Origin: Candidatus Scalindua sp.
GTDB lineage: Bacteria; Planctomycetota; Brocadiia; Brocadiales; Scalinduaceae
Direction of reading: 5' to 3'
Length of the DNA: 32,000 bases
Assembly: GCA_031316235.1 (NCBI GenBank)
Contig: JALDRA010000001.1
Coordinates: forward strand, 2,520,001-2,552,000
Shown one piece after another: positions 25,448-32,000 of this stretch (position 1 is its first letter; every line of letters starts with the position of its first letter). A program made the translations under genes and the position numbers. The notes beneath the pieces were generated by a model that was given only the letters and a program-made list of their open reading frames with translations, had not been told where the DNA came from and did no database searches.

Positions 25448-25524
25448 GTTTTTATCATCTTAATTTGATAGCCAAATCTCATTATTCGATACTGATAAAT
25501 GATAGTTAAAGTGAGAAAAGATAT

Positions 25525-26760
25525 ATGACAAAGAATAATGCGCCTGTTGTAATGATTTCCAGTTATCCTCCCCGGCTCTGCGGCATTGCCACTTTTTGCG
25601 AAGAGGCACGGGAATTTATTCAAAAACGTCATCCGGAAAGAGATGTTCTCGTAATATCCCATACCGATGGAGAGGGAGAAGGGGTATTTCCCCTGATAGA
25701 CATGAATAAACGGGAATGGTGGAAATCTGTCTCAAAAAAGATCGAGGAATTAAAACCCTACGTTGTCCATATTCAACATGAATACGGTCTTTATGATCAC
25801 AGAGACAGCTACGGCCGAAGTGATGGCAACAGGGGCTTCCTGACCCTTCTTGATGCCATCAATGAGTGGCCGATTGTAGTTGAACCACACACCGTTCACG
25901 GTAGATTAACTGAATTCGAAACCCAGTTTATTCACGACCTCTGTGTCCGGGTAGACATTGTTATGGTTAAATGTCACTACCAGAAGTGGAGATTGGAATG
26001 GACGTTTCCCGGCTATAATTGGGAAGTTCCGCATAATATCATGATAATCCCGCACGGCGCAAGACCTGATAAACATTGGCCCCCATCAGAAATACAGACA
26101 CTGCGCAAGGAGATAGGACTGGATAAAAAATCTTATATCAGCGATCACCTCGTTGGGCTTACCGGATGGATACAGTCCAACAAGAGATGGGACATTTTAA
26201 CATCCATGTGGGAGGATATCGTATCGGAGATCAGGGAAGAAACTGGTCAGGAGTGGGACCTGTTGGCTGCCGGCACCATTCGGGATCCTGCTCACCAAAA
26301 AGACTACGATAAGTATAAAACGGATGTTGAACTCCTTGAAAAAAAGGGTTTGGCCCACTATTACGAATTCATACCGCGTGGCGATATCTATTATAAGGTG
26401 ATGGCTGTTTGTGACTTTATTGTCCTGCCATCTGTTGATGAGACCCAGTCAGGAACACTGGCACGGATTATTGCTTTGAATAAACCATACATTACCACAG
26501 CGCCAATGGAAGGCCTCACATCCCAAACACTTGAAAGTGAAGGAGGGCTTCTCTTCACTACCAAAGAGATGTTAAGAAAGAAGGTCGTAAGAATGGCATG
26601 TGATGAGAAATTGCGTTTTCAGTTAGGAAGTAATTTAAGGCAATACCTGGATAAAACAGTCTCATGGGAAGTTGTGGCTGAGCAATATGATGAATCATAT
26701 GAGATGGCGAGAAATGCCAAGCTGACGGGTAAAAAAATAGAGATACCACAGGAATTCTGA
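25525..26760 (+). CDS. Glycosyltransferase family 4
   Basis: SSYPPRLCGIATFCEE and VHIQHEYGLY are paralogous to the N-terminus of 23026..25305. The C-lobe motif is LPSVDETQSGTLARIIALNKPYITT. Confidence 0.8.
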   Translation: MTKNNAPVVMISSYPPRLCGIATFCEEAREFIQKRHPERDVLVISHTDGEGEGVFPLIDMNKREWWKSVSKKIEELKPYVVHIQHEYGLYDHRDSYGRSDGNRGFLTLLDAINEWPIVVEPHTVHGRLTEFETQFIHDLCVRVDIVMVKCHYQKWRLEWTFPGYNWEVPHNIMIIPHGARPDKHWPPSEIQTLRKEIGLDKKSYISDHLVGLTGWIQSNKRWDILTSMWEDIVSEIREETGQEWDLLAAGTIRDPAHQKDYDKYKTDVELLEKKGLAHYYEFIPRGDIYYKVMAVCDFIVLPSVDETQSGTLARIIALNKPYITTAPMEGLTSQTLESEGGLLFTTKEMLRKKVVRMACDEKLRFQLGSNLRQYLDKTVSWEVVAEQYDESYEMARNAKLTGKKIEIPQEF

Positions 26761-26781
26761 AAAATTTTAAGGAAGGCAGTT

Positions 26782-27753
26782 ATGAACAAAATTGAGAATA
26801 GAGAGTACAGAGAACTTTTCACCCGTTATCGTAATAATCCCATATTATCCGCATCTGACTGGCCATACTGTGTTAACTCTGTTTTTAACGCAGGCGCAAC
26901 GATTGTGGGCGATGAAACGCTGCTGCTGGTGAGAGTTGAAGATAGACGCGGCATCTCTCATCTCACGGTTGCACGGAGCAGTGATGGTTTTACAGACTGG
27001 AAGGTTGATTCAGAACCAACATTTGTTCCTGACCCGGAAAACTATCCGGAAGATATCTGGGGTATTGAGGACCCGAGGATTACGAAACTGGATGAAGGGG
27101 ATATCTGGGTAATCACGTATACTTCATATTCGGCGGGAGGCCCGCTTGTATCTCTGGCGACAACCAGTGATTTCCGGCAATTCAAAAGACTGGGCAGTAT
27201 GACCCATCCGGAGAATAAAGACGCAGCCCTTTTCCCCTGCCGTTTTAAAGGGCGCTGGGCCATGATACACCGCCCATCTACCACATCCAATTTTGGCTCG
27301 CATATGTGGATATCTTTTTCACCAGATATGAAACACTGGGGTGAGCATCGTATCTTGATACCCGCTCGACGGGGTGCATGGTGGGATGCTAATAAAATCG
27401 GGCTCAACTCCCCTCCACTCAGAACAGACGAAGGTTGGTTGATACTTTACCACGGTGTCAGACAAACGGCGGCAGGGTCGCTGTACAGGCTCGGACTTGC
27501 ACTCCTGGATCTCGATGATCCAACAAAGCTGATCCGTCGTAGTGATGAATGGGTCTTCGGGCCGGATAAAATGTACGAACGTATAGGAGATATTGCGGAT
27601 GTGGTATTTCCGTGCGGGTGGGTCTTAGATGAAAAAAGGGATGAGATCAGGTTATATTACGGCGCTGCTGATACCGTAATGGCTCTTGCAACAGCCAGTT
27701 TCAAAAATGTTATGAGTTATATAAAATCGTGTCCAAAAGTAGACAGTGCTTGA
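26782..27753 (+). CDS. GH130 family protein (beta-mannoside phosphorylase/hydrolase family, formerly DUF377 / PH1107-related glycosidase)
   Basis: ATG follows AAGGAAGG. Motifs NPILSASDWPY, NSVFNAGA, LLLVRVEDRRG, GIEDPRIT, KDAALFP, LILYHGV and YYGAADT are typical of the GH130 five-bladed propeller. Confidence 0.85.
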   Translation: MNKIENREYRELFTRYRNNPILSASDWPYCVNSVFNAGATIVGDETLLLVRVEDRRGISHLTVARSSDGFTDWKVDSEPTFVPDPENYPEDIWGIEDPRITKLDEGDIWVITYTSYSAGGPLVSLATTSDFRQFKRLGSMTHPENKDAALFPCRFKGRWAMIHRPSTTSNFGSHMWISFSPDMKHWGEHRILIPARRGAWWDANKIGLNSPPLRTDEGWLILYHGVRQTAAGSLYRLGLALLDLDDPTKLIRRSDEWVFGPDKMYERIGDIADVVFPCGWVLDEKRDEIRLYYGAADTVMALATASFKNVMSYIKSCPKVDSA

Positions 27754-27780
27754 AGATTTTTTACTATTTATACCACTCCA

Positions 27781-27818
27781 CTTCCCCTCCTTGCCAGGGG
27801 GGGGATGAAGGAGAGGTT
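27781..27818 (-). repeat. GC-hairpin repeat copy 4 (diverged)
   Basis: The sequence cttcccctccttgccaggggggggatgaaggagagg resembles the reverse complement of the 16250-16279 copy (ctcccccgctggcgggggatgaagggggtgg). It lies between the GH130 and GT4-cupin genes. Confidence 0.55.
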
Positions 27819-27873
27819 TCTACCTGCTTACTGAGAACTCAGGAATAAATTAGCGCCTGAAAGGAGCTGGTTT

Positions 27874-29244
27874 TTGAAAATTGCCTTGTTAAGTCCCATC
27901 GCCTGGAGAACGCCACCCAGGCATTACGGTCCCTGGGAGCAGATGGTATCGCTCCTTTCAGAAGGCCTTGTAAGAAAAGGGCTTGACGTTACGCTCTTTG
28001 CCACCGGAGACTCCATAACAAACGCAAGGCTCAAGGCCATTGTCCCACACGGGTACGAAGAAGAGAGGGAATTAGACCCGAAGGTCTGTGAATGCCTTCA
28101 TATCTCAGGCTTTTTTGATCAGGCAAATGAATATGATATTATCCACAATCATTTTGATTTCCTTCCTCTTACGTATACCGGTCTTGTTGCAACCCCCGTT
28201 GTAACAACCATACATGGGTTCTCGTCCCCTAAAATACTCCCCGTCTACAAAAAATATAATGGCAAAGTCTCTTACGTGTCCATAAGTGATGCAGACCGAA
28301 ACCGTGAACTTGATTATGTTGCTACCGTACATCACGGCATAGAGGTCGAGAAATCCAGTTTCCGCGAACAGCATGGTGAATACCTTCTGTTCTTTGGCAG
28401 GATACATCATGACAAAGGGACCTATGAGGCGGTTCAGGTGGCGAAAAGATCCGGTATGAATCTCATCATTGCCGGTATTGTTCAGGACAGGGACTATTTT
28501 GAAACGAAGGTTGTTCCTTACCTGGATGATTCAACCATCAAATACATTGGCCCTGTTTATGCTGATAAGAAAAACGAATTATTGAAGAATGCGTATGCGT
28601 TACTGCACATGATTAATTTTGATGAACCATTCGGCTTGAGCCTTATTGAGGCGATGGCCTGCGGGACACCCGTGATTGCAATCCCCAGGGGCGCAATTCC
28701 AGAGATTATTGATGATGAAAAGACCGGTTTCCTGGTAAAAGATATAGATGAAGCGGTAACCGCACTACGGAAGATTCCGGAATTGAAACGGGTAGACTGC
28801 CAAAGAGCTGTTGAAGAAAAATTCAGCGTAGACACGATGGTAGACAGGTACATGGAAGTTTACAGGCAAATACTGCAGAATTCAACGCCGAATGCAAGAA
28901 GGGCATCTCCTCCATGGGGTAAATGGGAGGTATTATTGGATACGCCTGGTTATAAGGTAAAGAGAATAACGGTATTACCTGGAAAAAGACTGAGCTATCA
29001 GAAGCACTTCAGGAGAAAGGAACACTGGATGGTAGTGGAGGGAAAGGCGGTGGTAACCCTGGATGGTAAAGAAATATGTATCGAGGAAGGGGAATCAGTG
29101 GACATACCTCAGGAAGCAGCACATCGAATAGCTAACAGGGAAAACAAACAGATGACGTTTATAGAGGTGCAACAGGGAGAGTATTTTGGAGAGGATGATA
29201 TTATTCGCCTGGAAGATGATTATGGAAGGGCAGGGGAAGAGTGA
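27874..29244 (+). CDS. Glycosyltransferase family 4 fused to a C-terminal type II phosphomannose-isomerase-like cupin domain
   Basis: TTG start lies 8 nt after AAGGAG. GT4 motifs: MKIALLSPIAWRTPPRHYGPWE and EPFGLSLIEAMACGTPVIA. From about nt 28905 the translation WGKWEVLLDTPGYKVKRITVLPGKRLSYQKHFRRKEHWMVVEGKAVV...DIPQEAAHRIAN...FIEVQQGEYFGEDDIIRLEDDYGR matches the ManC/PMI class II cupin. Confidence 0.8.
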   Translation: MKIALLSPIAWRTPPRHYGPWEQMVSLLSEGLVRKGLDVTLFATGDSITNARLKAIVPHGYEEERELDPKVCECLHISGFFDQANEYDIIHNHFDFLPLTYTGLVATPVVTTIHGFSSPKILPVYKKYNGKVSYVSISDADRNRELDYVATVHHGIEVEKSSFREQHGEYLLFFGRIHHDKGTYEAVQVAKRSGMNLIIAGIVQDRDYFETKVVPYLDDSTIKYIGPVYADKKNELLKNAYALLHMINFDEPFGLSLIEAMACGTPVIAIPRGAIPEIIDDEKTGFLVKDIDEAVTALRKIPELKRVDCQRAVEEKFSVDTMVDRYMEVYRQILQNSTPNARRASPPWGKWEVLLDTPGYKVKRITVLPGKRLSYQKHFRRKEHWMVVEGKAVVTLDGKEICIEEGESVDIPQEAAHRIANRENKQMTFIEVQQGEYFGEDDIIRLEDDYGRAGEE

Positions 29245-29373
29245 GTTTCCGTGTCATTGGTATGAGAAATGAGTAAAGATGGAGACAGACGATACTGTCT
29301 CGTTAAGGAATTTAACCCGATTACAAATGAAAAAAATATCATATTATTTTGTAACCCATAATGGTAAAAGGTC

Positions 29374-29401
29374 TTGACGTTTTATAAAAAAAAATTAAAA
29401 T
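29374..29401 (+). promoter_or_regulatory. Candidate sigma70-type promoter for the ABC operon (TTGACG - 16 nt - TAAAAT)
   Basis: Hexamers at 29374-29379 and 29396-29401 in a very AT-rich tract. Such tracts give many chance matches. Confidence 0.25.
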
Positions 29402-29495
29402 GTAAAAAATATTTTTTATAATGGGAACTGAAGGGAGGTTTTTTTTGTTAAAAAAAACCAAATACTTATAACCTGTATAAAGGAATAGAGAGACA

Positions 29496-30215
29496 ATGAT
29501 CAGCATAAAAGAGCTTCGAAGAAGTTTTGGGTCAATAGTTGCTGTTGATGGGGTTTCATTCAATGTCGAAAAAGGTCAAGTACTGGGATTTCTCGGGCCG
29601 AATGGGGCAGGAAAAAGTACGATAATGAAGATGCTGGCCTGTTTCTTGAGGCCGGATAGCGGAACGGCCACTGTCTGTGGCCATGATATATTGAAACATC
29701 CCGTCAGAGTGAGACAGTGTATCGGTTATCTGGCGGAAAATGTACCTCTCTATAATGAAATGACGGTAGGTGATTTTCTCAATTTTGTTTGTGATGCGAG
29801 AAACATAAAAGGTAAAGAGCGAAAGCAATCACTGGACCGAGTTGTGCCGATGTGTTCCATCGAATCGGTCTACCATCAGACTATCGAGACCCTTTCAAAG
29901 GGATATAAACGGCGGGTAGGGCTTGCACAGACATTGATTCATGACCCTGAAGTGCTGATCCTGGATGAACCGACAGATGGCCTTGACCCTAATCAGAAAC
30001 ATGAAGTGAGGGGGCTCATAAATAAAATGGCAAAAGAGAAGTGTATTATTGTATCTACTCACATTCTCGAAGAAGTTGACGCCGTATGCTCCCGGACCAT
30101 CATCATATCCAAAGGGAAAATATTGGTAGATTCAACACCGAATGAATTGAAAGAACAACATCAATGCAGCCTTGATGAAGTTTTTCGCAAAATTACAAAG
30201 TCAAAAACGGATTAA
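29496..30215 (+). CDS. ABC transporter ATP-binding protein (ABC-2 / GldA-like)
   Basis: Walker A GPNGAGKST, signature LSKGYKRRV, Walker B LILDEPTDGLD, H-loop STHIL. Confidence 0.9.
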   Translation: MISIKELRRSFGSIVAVDGVSFNVEKGQVLGFLGPNGAGKSTIMKMLACFLRPDSGTATVCGHDILKHPVRVRQCIGYLAENVPLYNEMTVGDFLNFVCDARNIKGKERKQSLDRVVPMCSIESVYHQTIETLSKGYKRRVGLAQTLIHDPEVLILDEPTDGLDPNQKHEVRGLINKMAKEKCIIVSTHILEEVDAVCSRTIIISKGKILVDSTPNELKEQHQCSLDEVFRKITKSKTD

Positions 30216-30411
30216 GCTTGTTTGACGGTAATACTGATGCACTGATTTAATTATAGAGTATTCACCTTTTAGCGGGTAATAAATCAATGGGTTATATTAT
30301 TTTTGTGCGGAAGCACACATCCAAAAGGGCATGAAGCAACTAGAGGGAAGTAGCTGCAGCCATTTTGAAAGAGTTGTGCAGGAGGCATTAACTCGACAGA
30401 GGAGCTGAAAT

Positions 30412-31143
30412 ATGAACAGTTTTGTAGCGGTATTCAAGAGAGAGTTGAAATCGTACTTTACGACACCTATTGCATATGTCTTTCTTGTTGTTTTCCTGTT
30501 TTTTTCCGGTTACCTTACATTCAAGGACGGTTTTTTTGAAATGCGGCAGGCAGACATGGGTGTATTTTTTATGAATATACCTCTCCTGTTTGTTTTCCTG
30601 GTTCCAGCAACATCAATGCGGCTGTGGGCAGAGGAACGCAGGATTGGTTCTATTGAGCTTCTCCTGACACTGCCGATTACCGTTACACAGGCGGTGCTGG
30701 GAAAGTTTTTTTCTGCATGGCTTTTTCTTGTCATCGCTCTCGCCTTGACCTTTCCTATGGTTATTACTGTCTGTTTCCTGGGAGATCCGGATGTGAGCCT
30801 GATAATTACGGGATACCTGGGAAGTGTCTTACTGGCAGGGGGATTTCTTTCGATCGGCTGTTTTTTTTCAATAGTCAGCAAGAACCAGGTCATCAGTTTT
30901 GTTCTTTCGGTTGTTACCTGTGCAGTGCTTGTCTTTGCAGGGATGCCAACCACCTTAAACTATCTTTCAGCATTTTTACCTGCTGGTTTGGTCTCAGCAA
31001 TTGGAAATTTCAGTTTTCAGGTACACTTTGAATCCATCCAAAAAGGAATGCTGGAATTTAAAGACATCTCTTATTTCATATTGATGATCGTTGGCTGGAT
31101 TGTTGCTGGTACCTATATATTAGACGAAAGGAAGGCCTACTGA
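30412..31143 (+). CDS. ABC-2 family permease (GldF-like)
   Basis: ATG follows GAGGAG. Six predicted hydrophobic helices. N-terminal KRELKSYFTTPIAYVFL is typical of ABC-2 permeases. Confidence 0.8.
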   Translation: MNSFVAVFKRELKSYFTTPIAYVFLVVFLFFSGYLTFKDGFFEMRQADMGVFFMNIPLLFVFLVPATSMRLWAEERRIGSIELLLTLPITVTQAVLGKFFSAWLFLVIALALTFPMVITVCFLGDPDVSLIITGYLGSVLLAGGFLSIGCFFSIVSKNQVISFVLSVVTCAVLVFAGMPTTLNYLSAFLPAGLVSAIGNFSFQVHFESIQKGMLEFKDISYFILMIVGWIVAGTYILDERKAY

Positions 31144-32000
31144 TGAGTAAGACTATTCAAATGGTTATCGGTGTTATCCTTGTTCTGGTGATAATGTTTT
31201 CTTCAATTAGCGTTTGTCAGGATATCGGCAAATCATTGAAACTCGATGTGACGGAACAGAGGCTTTATACCCTTTCAGATGGAACAAGAGCCATTCTGGC
31301 CAAGCTCCGTCAGCCTGTTGCCGTAAAGCTGTATTATGCTGAAACGGCAGCCCTGAAAGGGCCTGACCAGATCAGGTTTTTCAACAACTATTACCAGTAC
31401 GTAAAGTCTCTGCTGGAAGAGTATGTATCGTCAGCAAATGGCATGATTGATTTCCAGGTGATTGACCCAAGGCCCTATTCCGAAAGCGAGGCAAAGGCAT
31501 TACAGTACGGACTAAGTAAATTCTCCATTACCGAAGAGGAGAGTTTTTTCTTTGGCCTTGTGGTCCAGACTCAGTTCGGGGTAGAAAAGGTTATACCGTT
31601 CTTTTCGCCTGACCGACAGAGTTTTCTTGAGTATGATATTAGCTACCTGATCGATACCGCCATCACTCGCCAGAAAACAAAAATTGGAATCATGAGTTCC
31701 CTGCCGGTGATGGGAGACGACCTGAGCGGATATATGGCTCAGATGATGAGGATGCAGGGGCAGCAACCAGAGCCATCATGGACGATTGTAAATCAGCTGA
31801 AAAAGCAGTATGAGATCAAGGCCGTTTCCACAGAAGTTGATGAGATAGAGGATGTTGATATCCTCCTTGTTATCCATCCAAAGGAGTTGCCGGAAAAAAC
31901 CCTCTTTGCCATAGATCAATTTGTGCTCAAGGGAGGCAGGACTATTGTTTGTGTCGATCCTCACTGCTATGCCGATCCGCCTGATCAAAAGGCTGCCATG
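31143..32000 (+). CDS. GldG-like ABC-transporter auxiliary protein (ABC_transp_aux family), 3' end outside the window
   Basis: ATG overlaps the permease stop (TGATG at 31141-31145). The frame stays open to the window end (286 codons). N-terminal anchor MSKTIQMVIGVILVLVIMF, then LDVTEQRLYTLSDGTRAILAKL...VKLYY and LLVIHPKELPEKTLFAIDQFVLKGGR. Not in the ORF track because it has no stop. Confidence 0.8.
   Translation, partial: MSKTIQMVIGVILVLVIMFSSISVCQDIGKSLKLDVTEQRLYTLSDGTRAILAKLRQPVAVKLYYAETAALKGPDQIRFFNNYYQYVKSLLEEYVSSANGMIDFQVIDPRPYSESEAKALQYGLSKFSITEEESFFFGLVVQTQFGVEKVIPFFSPDRQSFLEYDISYLIDTAITRQKTKIGIMSSLPVMGDDLSGYMAQMMRMQGQQPEPSWTIVNQLKKQYEIKAVSTEVDEIEDVDILLVIHPKELPEKTLFAIDQFVLKGGRTIVCVDPHCYADPPDQKAAM

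Noticed and set aside
25161-25662. Minus-strand ORFs 25161..25403 and 25336..25662
   Set aside because: They run through T-element copy A and antisense to the ends of the flanking GT4 genes. No support as coding.
1-32000. tRNA, rRNA, tmRNA or known riboswitch genes
   Set aside because: By eye I found no cloverleaf-compatible sequences (no GTTCGAATC-type T-arms outside CDSs) and no rRNA-like stretches. This is a manual scan only; tRNAscan-SE and Infernal should confirm it.

Overview
This 32-kb chromosomal window is moderately AT-rich and comes from what looks like a diderm environmental bacterium. I cannot assign a taxon from sequence alone.

Left part: the 3' end of a histidine kinase is followed by a tightly coupled operon of four CheY-type response regulators. 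All four carry c-di-GMP-family output domains: REC-HD-GYP, two tandem REC-HDOD paralogues, and a REC with a degenerate HD-GYP. Next come an overlapping radical-SAM/unknown gene pair, pgpA and a phosphate-type (O/P) porin.

Middle part (about 10.86-17.5 kb): a visibly decayed accessory island. It contains:
- an HsdM (type I methylase) fragment;
- an intact XPB/Ssl2-type helicase with its helicase-associated partner gene;
- the C-terminal relic of a large DNA methyltransferase;
- a DUF559 endonuclease bracketed by inverted GC-rich hairpin repeats;
- two overlapping orphan ORFs, the first with a strong Shine-Dalgarno but no canonical start codon.

Right part: a DUF255 thioredoxin-fold protein, a J-domain membrane protein, glutamine-dependent NAD+ synthetase, a GT4 / GT4 / GH130 / GT4-PMI-cupin glycan cluster, and a gldA/F/G-like ABC-2 transporter that runs off the window.

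At least three families of short intergenic repeats are superimposed on these genes. The most prominent has TATACTAAAACC termini, occurs in seven copies plus a remnant, and one copy supplies the pgpA stop codon.

I found no rRNA, tRNA or CRISPR array. The best candidates for new biology are the XPB-plus-partner pair inside the R-M graveyard, the orphan cassette next to DUF559, and the repeat families. All functional calls rest on motifs read from the translations and need HMM/BLAST confirmation.
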